From the human T2T-CHM13v2.0 reference genome, Homo sapiens: 64,000 bases of DNA. The notes under the pieces were generated by a model. It saw only the letters and a program-made list of their open reading frames with translations. It made no database searches and was not told where the DNA came from. The stretch's first letter is position 1. Each line of letters starts with the position of its first letter. Made by a program: the position numbers and the translations under genes. Location: NCBI RefSeq assembly GCF_009914755.1, contig NC_060948.1; one strand, given 5' to 3'. Of the stretch, positions 43,301 through 58,300 are shown piece after piece.

Positions 43301-46300
43301 GAATAGTATGGAATGGAATGGAAAGGAATGGAGAGGAATAGACTAGAGTGGAATGGAATGGACTGGAAAGCAATGGACTGGAATGGAACTTTCTTGAATG
43401 GACTGGAATCAAACGGAATGGAATGCAATGCAATCAAATGGCATGGAATAAAATAGAATGAAAGAGAATCAAATGGAATTGAATCGAATGGAATCGAATG
43501 GATTGGAAAGGAATAGAATGGAATGGAATGGAATTGACTCAAATGGAATGGACTAGAATGGAATGGATTCGAATGGAAGGCAAAGGAATGGAATCTATTG
43601 GAATGGACTGTAATGGAATGGAATGGAAAGGATTTGAATGGACTGCAATAGAAAGGATTCGAATGGAATGAAAAAGAATTGAATGGAATAGAACAGAATG
43701 GAATCAAATCGAATGAAATGGAATGGAATAGAAAGGAATGGAATGAAATGGAATGGAAAGGATTCGAATGGAATGCAATCGAATGGAATGCAATCGAATG
43801 GAATGGAATCGAACGGAATGGAATAAAATGGAAGAAAACTGGCAAGAAATGGAGTCGAAATGAATGGAGTGTTATGGAACCGACTCAAAAGGAATTGAAT
43901 GTAATAGAATGGAGTGGAGTGGACTCGAATATAATGGACTGGAATGGAATGAAATCACATGGAATGGGAACGAATGGAATGGAATGGAAAGGAATGGAAT
44001 CGAATGGAAAGGAATCGAATGGAAGGGAATGAAATTGAATCAACAGGAATGGAAGGGAGTAGAATACACGGTAATGGAATGGACTCGAATAGAATGGACA
44101 CGAATGCTCAAATTGAATGGACTCGAATGGAATGGAAACGAAAGGAATGTCATCGAATGGAATTGAATCGATTGGAATGAAATCACATAGAATGGAGTGG
44201 AATCAAATGGAATTGAATCGAAAGGAAAGGAAGCGAATGGACTGAAATGAAATGGAATGGAATTGAATGGAAATTAATGCAATGGAATAGAATGGAACGA
44301 AATTTCACGGAATGGAATCAAACTGAATGGAATCAAATCAATGGAATATAATCAAATGGAATGGAAAGGAATTGAATGGAGTAGATTGGATTGGATGGGA
44401 TTGGAATGAAATGTACTGGAAAGGACTCGAATTTCATGAAACGGAATGGAATGAATTAGAACGGAATGGACTCGAATGGAATGGAATGTCATGGAATGGC
44501 ATCAAATGGAATGGAATCGAATGCGATGGAATGCTATGGAATGGAATGGAATGCATTGGAATGGAATGTCCTCTAATGGAATGTATTCGAGTGGAATGGA
44601 ATCGAATATAATGGAGTCTAATGAAATGGAATTGAAAGGAATGGGACCGAATACAATGGAATATACTGGAATGTAATGTAATGAACTCGAATGTAATTGA
44701 CTGGAATGGAATGTACATGAATGGAATGTAATCGAATGGAAAGCAATCCAATGGAATAGAATCTAATGCAATAAAATCGACTCAAATAGAGTAGAATGTA
44801 ATGGAATGGAGTGCAGTGCAATGGAATGGAATGGAATGGAATGCAATGGAATGGAATGGAATGGAATGGAATGGGATGGAATGGTATGGAATGGATAGTA
44901 ATGGACTGGAGTGAAATGGACTGGAAAAGAATGGACTCAAATTGAAAGGGCTCGAAAGGAATGGAGTCAAATGGAATGGACTGGAATGGAATGAACACGA
45001 ATGTAATGCAATCCAATAGAATGGAATCGAATGGCATGGAATATAAAGAAATGGAATCGAAGAGAATGGAAACAAATGGAATGGAATTGAATGGAATGGA
45101 ATTGAATGGAATGGGAACGAATGGAGTGAAATTTTATGCAGTAGAAGAGAATAGAATGGAATGCAAGCGAAAGGAAAGGAATGGATTGGAATGGAAAGGA
45201 ATTCATTGGAATGGAAGGGAATGTAGTGTAATGGACAGGCCTGGAATAAAGTGGAATGCTACGGTCTCGAATGGAATAAAAATGTATGGAATGGAATGCA
45301 ATGAAACGGAATCGAATGTCATAGAATGTAATGGAATGCAAAAAAATGGACTCCAAAATCATTGACTGGAAAGGCTGGGTGTCGAAAGGAATTGACTCCA
45401 ATGGAATGGAATCGAATGGAATGGAAGTGAATAGAATCGAACTAAATCGAATGGAATGGAATTGATAGGAACGGAATGGAAAGGAATGCAATGATTTGGC
45501 ATGGAATGGAATCGAATGGCATCGAATGGAATGCAATGGAATGCAATGGAATGGAATGTATTAGAATGTAATGAACTTTAATGGAATGTACTCGAATGGA
45601 TTCGACTGGAATGGAATGTTCTCGAAGTGAATGGACTCCAATGGAATGGATTCGAAAGGAATGGAATCTAATGGAATGGAATTAAATGGAAATGAATCAA
45701 ATTGAATAGAACGGAATTGAATTGAATGGAATCGAATGCAATGGAATCTAATGAAACGGAAAGGAAAGGAATGGAATGGATTGGAATGGAATGGGCTGGA
45801 ATGGAATGGAATCGAAACGAATGGAATGGAATCGAACTGAAGAGACTGGAATGGAATGCACTGGAATGGAAGGGAATGTAATGGAAGGTTCTCGAAAAAA
45901 ATGGAATCGAAAGGAATGGAATTGAATGGAACGGAATAGAGTCGAATGGAATTCAATGGAATGGAATGGACTAGAGTGAAATGGAATCGAACCACAAGGA
46001 ATGGACAGGAATAGAATGGTCTCGAATTGAATGGAATCGTATGGAATGGCATCAAACGGAATGGAATGGACAGCCACGGAATGGAATGGACACCCACGGA
46101 ATGGAATGCACTCGAATGCAATGGAGTCGACACTAATGGACTGGAATAGAATGGACTCGAGTGGTACGGACTCCAATGGAATGGAATCGAATGGAAGGGA
46201 ATCGAACGGAATGGACTCGAAGGGAAAAGACTGCAATGGAAAGGTCTCGAATGGAATGGAAATTAATGGAATGGAATGGAATCGAATGAAATGGAGTCAA

Positions 46301-49300
46301 AAGGAATGGAATCGAATGGCAAGAAATCGAATGTAATGGAATCGCAAGGAATTGATGTGAACGGAACGGAAAGGAATGGAATCCAAAGGAATGGAATAGA
46401 ATGGAATGGAATCGAATGGAAAGGACTCGAATGGAAATCACTCGAATAGAATGCAATTTAATAAAATAGGATCAAATGTAATGGAATGGAATGGAAAGGA
46501 ATCGAAACGAAAGGAATGGAGACAGATGGAATGGAATGGAACAGAGAGCAATGGTATAGAATGGAATGGAATCATCTGGAATGGAATTGAATGGAATGGA
46601 ATAATATGAAATGGAATGGAATGGAATGGAATGCCCTTGAATTAAATGGACTGGAATGGAATGGACTCGAACAGAGTGGAATGGAAAGTGTTGAAATAGA
46701 ATGGAATGGACTCGTTTGGAATGGTCTAGTATACAATGCAATCGACTGGCAGGGAATCAAAAGGAATGTAATCGAATGGATTGGACTGGAATGCAATGGA
46801 CTCGAATAGATTGGAAACGGAATGCAAAGGAATGGAATGGAATAGTATGGAATGGAATGGAAAGGAATGGAGTGGAATAGACTAGAGTGGAATGGAATGG
46901 ACTCGAAAGCAATGGACTGGAATGGAACTTTCTTGAATGGACTGGAATCAAACGGAATGGAATGCAATGCAATCAAATGGCATGGAATAAAATAGAATGA
47001 AAGAGAATCAAATGGAATTGAATCGAATGGAATCGAATGGATTGGAAAGGAATAGAGTGGAATGGAATGGAATTGACTCAAATGGAATGGACTAGATTGG
47101 AATGGATTCGAATGGAAGGCAAAGGAATGGAATCTATTGGAATGGACTGTAATGGAATGGAATGGAAGGGATTGGAATGGACTCGAATGGAATGGACTGC
47201 AATAGAAAGGATTCGAATGGAATGAAAAAGAATTGAATGGAATAGAACAGAATGGAATCAAATCGAATGAAATGGAATGGAATAGAAAGGAATGGAATGA
47301 AATGGAATGGAAAGGATTCGAATGGAATGCAATCGAATGGAATGCAATCGAATGGAATGGAATCGAACGGAATGGAATAAAATGGAAGAAAACTGGCAAG
47401 AAATGGAATCGAAATGAACGGAGTGTTATGGAACGGACTCAAAAGGAATTGAATGTAATAGAATGGAGTGGAGTGGACTCGAATATAATGGACTGGAATG
47501 GAATGAAATCACATGGAATGGGAACGAATGGAATGGAATGGAAAGGAATGGAATCGAATGGAAAGGAATCGAATGGAAGGGAATGAAATTGAATCAACAG
47601 GAATGGAAGGGAGTAGAATAGACGGTAATGGAATGGACTCGAATAGAATGGACACGAATGCTCAAATTGAATGGACTCGAATGGAATGGAAACGAAAGGA
47701 ATGTCATCGAATGGAATTGAATCGATTGGAATGAAATCACATAGAATGGAGTGGAATCAAATGGAATTGAATCGAAAGGAAAGGAAGCGAATGGACTGAA
47801 ATGAAATGGAATGGAATTGAATGGAAATTAATGCAATGGAATAGAATGGAACGAAATTTCACGGAATGGAATCAAACTGAATGGAATCAAATCAATGGAA
47901 TATAATCAAATGGAATGGAAAGGAATTGAATGGAGTAGATTGGATTGGATGGGATTGGAATGAAATGTACTGGAAAGGACTCGAATTTCATGAAACGGAA
48001 TGGAATGAATTAGAACGGAATGGACTCGAATGGAATGGAATGTCATGGAATGGCATCAAATGGAATGGAATCGAATGCAATGGAATGCTATGGAATGGAA
48101 TGGAATGCATTGGAATGGAATGTCCTCTAATGGAATGTATTCGAGTGGAATGGAATCGAATATAATGGAGTCTAATGAAAGGGAATTGAAAGGAATGGGA
48201 CCGAATACAATGGAATATACTGGAATGTAATGTAATGAACTCGAATGTAATTGACTGGAATGGAATGTACATGAATGGAATGTAATCGAATGGAAAGCAA
48301 TCCAATGGAATAGAATCTAATGCAATAAAATCGACTCAAATAGAGTAGAATGTAATGGAATGGAGTGCAGTGCAATGGAATGGAATGGAATGGAATGCAA
48401 TGGAATGGAAAGGAATGGAATGGAATGGAATGGGATGAAATGGTATGGAATGGATAGTAATGGACTGGAGTGAAATGGACTGGAAAAGAATGGACTCAAA
48501 TTGAAAGGGCTCGAAAGGAATGGAGTCAAATGGAATGGTCTGGAATGGAATGAACACGAATGTAATGCAATCCAATAGAATGGAATCGAATGGCATGGAA
48601 TATAAAGAAATGGAATCGAAGAGAATGGAAACAAATGGAATGGAATTGAATGGAATGGAATTGAATGGAATGGGAACGAATGGAGTGAAATTGTATGCAG
48701 TAGAAGAGAATAGAATGGAATGCAAGCGAAAGGAAAGGAATGGATTGGAATGGAATGGAATTCATTGGAATGGAAGGGAATGTAGTGTAATGGACAGGCC
48801 TGGAATAAAGTGGAATGCTACGGTCTCGAATGGAATAAAAATGTATGGAATGGAATGCAATGAAACGGAATCGAATGTCATAGAAGTAATGGAATGCAAA
48901 AAAATGGACTCCAAAATCATTGACTGGAAAGGCTGGGTGTCGAAAGGAATTGACTCCAATGGAATGGAATCGAATGGAATGGAAGTGAATAGAATGGAAC
49001 TAAATCGAATGGAATGGAATTGATAGGAACGGAATGGAAAGGAATGCAATGATTTGGCATGGAATGGAATCGAATGGCATCGAATGGAATGGAATGGAAT
49101 GCAATGGAATGGAATGTATTAGAATGTAATGAACTTTAATGGAATGTACTCGAATGGATTCGACTGGAATGGAATGTTCTCGAAGTGAATGGACTCCAAT
49201 GGAATGGATTCGAAAGGAATGGAATCTAATGGAATGGAATTAAATGGAAATGAATCAAATTGAATAGAACGGAATTGAATTGAATGGAATCGAATGCAAT

Positions 49301-52300
49301 GGAATTTAATGAAACGGAAAGGAAAGGAATGGAATGGATTGGAATGGAATGGGCTGGAATGGAATGGAATCGAAACGAATGGAATGGAATCGAACTGAAG
49401 AGACTGGAATGGAATGCACTGGAATGGAAGGGAATGTAATGGAAGGTTCTCGAAAAAAATGGAATCGAAAGGAATGGAATTGAATGGAACGGAATAGAGT
49501 CGAATGGAATTCAATGGAATGGAATGGAATAGAGTGAAATGGAATCGAACCACAAGGAATGGACAGGAATAGAATGGTCTCGAATTGAATGGAATCGTAT
49601 GGAATGGCATCAATCGGAATGGAATGGACAGCCACGGAATGGAATGGACAGCCACGGAATGGAATGCACTCGAATGCAATGGAGTCGACACTAGTGGACT
49701 GGAATAGAATGGACTCGACTGATACGGACTCCAATGGAATGGAATCGAATGGAAAGGAATCGAACGGAATGGACTCGAAGGGAAAAGACTGAAATGGAAA
49801 GGTCTCCAATGGAATGGAAATTAATGGAATGGAATGGAATCGAATGAAATGGAGTCAAAAGGAATGGAATCGAATGGCAAGAAATCGAATGTAATGGAAT
49901 CGCAAGGAATTGATGTGAACGGAACGGAATGGAATGGAATCCAAAGGAATGGAATAGAATGGAATGGAATCGAATGGAAAGGACTCGAATGGAAATCACT
50001 CGAATAGAATGCAATTTAATAAAATAGGATCAAATGTAATGGAATGGAATGGAAAGGAATCGAAACGAAAGGAATGGAGACAGATGGAATGGAATGGAAC
50101 AGAGAGCAATGGTATAGAATGGAATGGAATCATCTGGAATGGAATTGAATTTAATGGAATAATATGAAATGGTAAGGAATGGAATGGAATGCCCTTGAAT
50201 TAAATGGACTGGAATGGAATGGACTCGAACAGAGTGGAATGGAAAGTGTTGAAATAGAATGGAATGGACTCGTTTGGAATGGTCTAGTATGCAATGCAAT
50301 CGACTGGCAGGGAATCAAAAGGAATGTAATCGAATGGATTGGACTGGAATGCAATGGACTCGAATAGATTGGAAACGGAAAGCAAAGGATTGGAATGGAA
50401 TAGTATGGAATGGAATGGAAAGTAATGGAGTGGAATAGACTAGAGTGGAATGGAATGGACTCGAAAGCAATGGACTGGAATGGAACTTTATTGAATGGAC
50501 TGGAATCAAACGGAATGGAATGCAATGCAATCAAATGGCATGGAATAAAATAGAATGAAAGAGAATCAAACGGAATTGAATCGAATGGAATCGAATGGAT
50601 TGGAAAGGAATAGAATGGAATGGAATGGAATTGACTCAAATGGAATGGACTAGAATGGAATGGATTCGAATGGAAGGCAAAGGAATGGAATCTATTGGAA
50701 TGGACTGTAATGGAATGGAATGGAAGGGATTGGAATGGACTCGAATGGAATGGACTGCAATAGAAAGGATTCGAATGGAATGAAAAAGAATTGAATGGAA
50801 TAGAACAGAATGGAATCAAATCGAATGAAATGGAATGGAATAGAAAGGAATGGAATGAAATGGAATGGAAAGGATTCGAATGGAATGCAATCGAATGGAA
50901 TGCAATCGAATGGAATGGAATCGAACGGAATGGAATAAAATGGAAGAAAACTGGCAAGAAATGGAGTCGAAATGAATGGAGTGTTATGGAACCGACTCAA
51001 AAGGAATTGAATGTAATAGAATGGAGTGGAGTGGACTCGAATATAATGGACTGGAATGGAATGAAATCACATGGAATGGGAACGAATGGAATGGAATGGA
51101 AAGGAATGGAATCGAATGGAAAGGAATCGAATGGAAGGGAATGAAATTGAATCAACAGGAATGGAAGGGAGTAGAATAGACGGTAATGGAATGGATTCGG
51201 ATAGAATGGACACGAATGCTCAAATTGAATGGACTCGAATGGAATGGAAACGAAAGGAATGTCATCGAATGGAATTGAATCGATTGGAATGAAATCACAT
51301 AGAATGGAGTGGAATCAAATGGAATTGAATCGAAAGGAAAGGAAGCGAATGGACTGAAATGAAATGGAATGGAATTGAATGGAAATTCATGCAATGGAAT
51401 AGAATGGAACGAAATTTCACGGAATGGAATCAAACTGAATGGAATCAAATCAATGGAATATAATCAAATGGAATGGAAAGGAATTGAATGGAGTAGATTG
51501 GATTGGATGGGATTGGAATGAAATGTACTGGAAAGGACTCGAATTTCATGAAACGGAATGGAATGAATTAGAACGGAATGGACTCGAATGGAATGGAATG
51601 TCATGGAATGGCATCAAATGGAATGGAATCGATTGCGATGGAATGCTATGGAATGGAATGGAATGCATTGGAATGGAATGTCCTCTAATGGAATGTATTC
51701 GAGTGGAATGGAATCGAATATAATGGAGTCTAATGAAAGGGAATTGAAAGGAATGGGACCGAATACAATGGAATATACTGGAATGTAATGTAATGAACTC
51801 GAATGTAATTGACTGGAATGGAATGTACATGAATGGAATGTAATCGAATGGAAAGCAATCCAATGGAATAGAATCTAATGCAATAAAATCGACTCAAGTA
51901 GAGTAGAATGTAATGGAATGGAGTGCAGTGCAATGGAATGGAATGGAATGGAATGCAATGGAATGGAATGGAATGGAATGGAATGGGATGGGATGGAATG
52001 GTATGGAATGGATAGTAATGGACTGGAGTGAAATGGACTGGAAAAGAATGGACTCAAATTGAAAGGGCTCGAAAGGAATGGAGTCAAATGGAATGGTCTG
52101 GAATGGAATGAACATGAATGTAATGCAATCCAATAGAATGGAATCGAATGGCATGGAATATAAAGAAATGGAATCGAAGAGAATGGAAACAAATGGAATG
52201 GAATTGAATGGAATGGAATTGAATGGAATGGGAACGAATGGAGTGAAATTGTATGCAGTAGAAGAGAATAGAATGGAATGCAAGCGAAAGGAAAGGAATG

Positions 52301-55300
52301 GATTGGAATGGAATGGAATTCATTGGAATGGAAGGGAATGTAGTGTAATGGACAGGCCTGGAATAAAGTGGAATGCTACGGTCTCGAATGGAATAAAAAT
52401 GTATGGAATGGAATGCAATGAAACGGAATCGAATGTCATAGAATGTAATGGAATGCAAAAAAATGGACTCCAAAATCATTGACTGGAAAGGCTGGGTGTC
52501 GAAAGGAATTGACTCCAATGGAATGGAATCGAATGGAATGGAAGTGAATAGAATGGAACTAAATCGAATGGAATGGAATTGATAGGAACGGAATGGAAAG
52601 GAATGCAATGATTTGGCATGGAATGGAATCGAATGGCATCGAATGGAATGGAATGGAATGCAATGGAATGGAATGTATTAGAATGTAATGAACTTTAATG
52701 GAATGTACTCGAATGGATTCGACTGGAATGGAATGTTCTCGAAGTGAATGGACTCCAATGGAATGGATTCGAAAGGAATGGAATCTAATGGAATGGAATT
52801 AAATGGAAATGAATCAAATTGAATAGAAAGGAATTGAATTGAATGGAATCGAATGCAATGGAATCTAATGAAACGGAAAGGAAAGGAATGGAATGGATTG
52901 GAATGGAATGGGCTGGAATGGAATGGAATCGAAACGAATGGAATGGAATCGAACTGAAGAGACTGGAATGGAATGCACTGGAATGGAAGGGAATGTAATG
53001 GAAGGTTCTCGAAAAAAATGGAATCGAAAGGAATGGAATTGAATGGAACGGAATAGAGTCGAATGGAATTGAATGGAATGGAATGGACTAGAGTGAAATG
53101 GAATCGAACCACAAGGAATGGACAGGAATAGAATGGTCTCGAATTGAATGGAATCGTATGGAATGGCATCAAACGGAATGGAATGGACAGCCACGGAATG
53201 GAATGGACACCCACGGAATGGAATGCACTCGAATGCAATGGAGTCGACACTAATGGACTGAATAGAATGGACTCGACTGGTACGGACTCCAATGGAATGG
53301 AATCGAATGGAAGGGAATCGAACGGAATGGACTCGAAGGGAAAAGACTGCAATGGAAAGGTCTCCAATGGAATGGAAATTAATGGAATGGAATGGAATCG
53401 AATGAAATGGAGTCAAAAGGAATGGAATCGAATGGCAAGAAATCGAATGTAATGGAATCGCAAGGAATGGATGTGAACGGAACGGAATGGAATGGAATCC
53501 AAAGGAATGGAATAGAATGGAATGGAATCGAATGGAAAGGACTCGAATGGAAATCACTCGAATAGAATGCAATTTAATAAAATAGGATCAAATGTAATGG
53601 AATGGAATGGAAAGGAATCGAAACGAAAGGAATGGAGACAGATGGAATGGAATGGAACAGAGAGCAATGGTATAGAATGGAATGGAATCATCTGGAATGG
53701 AATTGAATGGAATGGAATAATATGAAATGGAATGGAATGGAATGGAATGCCCTTGAATTAAATGGACTGGAATGGAATGGACTCGAACAGAGTGGAATGG
53801 AAAGTGTTGAAATAGAATGGAATGGACTCGTTTGGAATGGTCTAGTATGCAATGCAATCGACTGGCAGGGAATCAAAAGGAATGTAATCGAATGGATTGG
53901 ACTGGAATGCAATGGACTCGAATAGATTGGAAACGGAAAGCAAAGGAATGGAATGGAATAGTATGGAATGGAATGGAAGGAATGGAGTGGAATAGACTAG
54001 AGTGGAATGGAATGGACTCGAAAGCAATGGACTGGAATGGAACTTTCTTGAATGGACTGGAATCAAACGGAATGGAATGCAATGCAATCAAATGGCATGG
54101 AATAAAATAGAATGAAAGAGAATCAAATGGAATTGAATCGAATGGAATCGAATGGATTGGAAAGGAATAGAATGGAATGGAATGGAATTGACTCAAATGG
54201 AATGGACTAGAATGGAATGGATTCGAATGGAAGTCAAAGGAATGGAATCTATTGGAATGGACTGTAATGGAATGGAATGGAAGGGATTGGAATGGACTCG
54301 AATGGAATGGACTGCCATAGAAAGGATTCGAATGGAATGAAAAAGAATTGAATGGAATAGAACAGAATGGAATCAAATCGAATGAAATGGAATGGAATAG
54401 AAAGGAATGGAATGAAATGGAATGGAAAGGATTCGAATGGAATGCAATCGAATGGAATGCAATCGAGTGGAATGGAATCGAACGGAATGGAATAAAATGG
54501 AAGAAAACTGGCAAGAAATGGAATCGAAATGAATGGAGTGTTATGGAACGGACTCAAAAGGAATTGAATGTAATAGAATGGAGTGGAGTGGACTCGAATA
54601 TAATGGACTGGAATGGAATGAAATCACATGGAATGGGAACGAATGGAATGGAATGGAAAGGAATGGAATCGAATGGAAAGGAATCGAATGGAAGGGAATG
54701 AAATTGAATCAACAGGAATGGAAGGGAGTAGAATAGACGGTAATGGAATGGACTCGAATAGAATGGACACGAATGCTCAAATTGAATGGACTCGAATGGA
54801 ATGGAAACGAAAGGAATGTCATCGAATGGAATTGAATCGATTGGAATGAAATCACATAGAATGGAGTGGAATCAAATGGAATTGAATCGAAAGGAAAGGA
54901 AGCGAATGGACTGAAATGAAATGGAATGGAATTGAATGGAAATTAATGCAATGGAATAGAATGGAACGAAATTTCACGGAATGGAATCAAACTGAATGGA
55001 ATCAAATCAATGGAATATAATCAAATGGAATGGAAAGGAATTGAATGGAGTAGATTGGATTGGATGGGATTGGAATGAAATGTACTGGAAAGGACTCGAA
55101 TTTCATGAAACGGAATGGAATGAATTAGAACGGAATGGACTCGAATGGAATGGAATGTCATGGAATGGCATCAAAAGGAATGGAATCAATTGCGATGGAA
55201 TGCTATGGAATGGAATGGAATGCATTGGAATGGAATGTCCTCTAATGGAATGTATTCGAGTGGAATGGAATCGAATATAATGGAGTCTAATGAAAGGGAA

Positions 55301-58300
55301 TTGAAAGGAATGGGACCGAATACAATGGAATATACTGGAATGTAATGTAATGAACTCGAATGTAATTGACTGGAATGGAATGTACATGAATGGAATGTAA
55401 TCGAATGGAAAGCAATCCAATGGAATAGAATCTAATGCAATAAAATGGACTCAAATAGAGTAGAATGTAATGGAATGGAGTGCAGTGCAATGGAATGGAA
55501 TGGAATGGAATGCAATGGAATGGAATGGAATGGAATGGAATGGGATGGAATGGTATGGAATGGATAGTAATGGACTGGAGTGAAATGGACTGGAAAAGAA
55601 TGGACTCAAATTGAAAGGGCTCGAAAGGAATGGAGTCAAATGGAATGGTCTGGAATGGAATGAACACGAATGTAATGCAATCCAATAGAATGGAATCGAA
55701 TGGCATGGAATATAAAGAAATGGAATCGAAGAGAATGGAAACAAATGGAATGGAATTGAATGGAATGGGAACGAATGGAGTGAAATTGTATGCAGTAGAA
55801 GAGAATAGAATGGAATGCAAGCGAAAGGAAAGGAATGGATTGGAATGGAATGGAATTCATTGGAATGGAAGGGAATGTAGTGTAATGGACAGGCCTGGAA
55901 TAAAGTGGAATGCTACGGTCTCGAATGGAATAAAAATGTATGGAATGGAATGCAATGAAACGGAATCGAATGTCATAGAATGTAATGGAATGCAAAAAAA
56001 TGGAATCCAAAATCATTGACTGGAAAGGCTGGGTGTCGAAAGGAATTGACTCCAATGGAATGGAATCGAATGGAATGGAAGTGAATAGAATCGAACTAAA
56101 TCGAATGGAATGGAATTGATAGGAACGGAATGGAAAGGAATGCAATGATTTGGCATGGAATGGAATCGAATGGCATCGAATGGAATGGAATGGAATGCAA
56201 TGGAATGGAATGTATTAGAATGTAATGAACTTTAATGGAATGTACTCGAATGGATTCGACTGGAATGGAATGTTCTCGAAGTGAATGGACTCCAATGGAA
56301 TGGATTCGAAAGGAATGGAATCTAATGGAATGGAATTAAATGGAAATGAATCAAATTGAATAGAACGGAATTGAATTGAATGGAATCGAATGCAATGGAA
56401 TCTAATGAAACGGAAAGGAAAGGAATGGAATGGATTGGAATGGAATGGGCTGGAATGGAATGGAATCGAAACGAATGGAATGGAATCGAACTGAAGAGAC
56501 TGGAATGGAATGCACTGGAATGGAAGGGAATGTAATGGAAGGTTCTCGAAAAAAATAGAATCGAAAGGAATGGAATTGAATGGAACGGAATAGAGTCGAA
56601 TGGAATTCAATGGAATGGAATGGACTAGAGTCAAATGGAATCGAACCACAAGGAATGGACAGGAATAGAATGGTCTCGAATTGAATGGAATCGTATGGAA
56701 TGGCATCAATCGGAATGGAATGGACAGCCACGGAATGGAATGGACACCCACGGAATGGAATGCACTCGAATGCAATGGAGTCGACACTAATGGACTGGAA
56801 TAGAATGGACTCGACTGATACGGACTCCAATGGAATGGAATCGAATGGAAGGGAATCGAACGGAATGGACTCGAAGGAAAAAGACTGCAATGGAAAGGTC
56901 TCCAATGGAATGGAAATTAATGGAATGGAATGGAATCGAATGAAATGGAGTCAAAAGGAATGAGATCGAATGGCAAGAAATCGAATGTGATGGAATCGCA
57001 AGGAATTGATGTGAACGGAACGGAATGGAATGGAATCCAAAGGAATGGAATAGAATGGAATGGAATCGAATGGAAAGGACTCGAATGGACATCACTCGAA
57101 TAGAATGCAATTTAATAAAATAGGATCAAATGTAATGGAATGGAATGGAAAGGAATCGAAACGAAAGGAATGGAGACAGATGGAATGGAATGGAACTGAG
57201 AGCAATGGTATAGAATGGAATGGAATCATCTGGAATGGAATTGAATGGAATGGAATAATATGAAATGGAAAGGAATGGAATGGAATGCCCTTGAATTAAA
57301 TGGACTGGAATGGAATGGACTCGAACAGAGTGGAATGGAAAGTGTTGAAATAGAATGGAATGGACTCGTTTGGAATGGTCTAGTATGCAATGCAATCGAC
57401 TGGCAGGGAATCAAAAGGAATGTAATCGAATGGATTGGACTGGAATGCAATGGACTCGAATAGATTGGAAACGGAATGCAAAGGAATGGAATGGAATAGT
57501 ATGGAATGGAATGGAAAGGAATGGAGTGGAATAGACTAGAGTGGAATGGAATGGACTCGAAAGCAATGGACTGGAATGGAACTTTCTTGAATGGACTGGA
57601 ATCAAACGGAATGGAATGCAATGCAATCAAATGGCATGGAATAAAATAGAATGAAAGAGAATGAAATGGAATTGAATCGAATGGAATCGAATGGATTGGA
57701 AAGGAATAGAATGGAATGGAATGGAATTGACTCAAATGGAATGGACTAGAATGGAATGGATTCGAATGGAAGGCAAAGGAATGGAATCTATTGGAATGGA
57801 CTGTAATGGAATGGAATGGAAGGGATTGGAATGGACTCGAATGGAATGGACTGCAATAGAAAGGATTCGAATGGAATGAAAAAGAATTGAATGGAATAGA
57901 ACAGAATGGAATCAAATCGAATGAAATGGAATGGAATAGAAAGGAATGGAATGAAATGGAATGGAAAGGATTCGAATGGAATGCAATCGAATGGAATGCA
58001 ATCGAATGGAATGGAATCGAACGGAATGGAATAAAATGGAAGAAAACTGGCAAGAAATGGAGTCGAAATGAATGGAGTGTTATGGAACCGACTCAAAAGG
58101 AATTGAATGTAATAGAATGGAGTGGAGTGGACTCGAATATAATGGACTGGAATGGAATGAAATCACATGGAATGGGAACGAATGGAATGGAATGGAAAGG
58201 AATGGAATCGAATGGAAAGGAATCGAATGGAAGGGAATGAAATTGAATCAACAGGAATGGAAGGGAGTAGAATAGACGGTAATGGAATGGACTCGAATAG

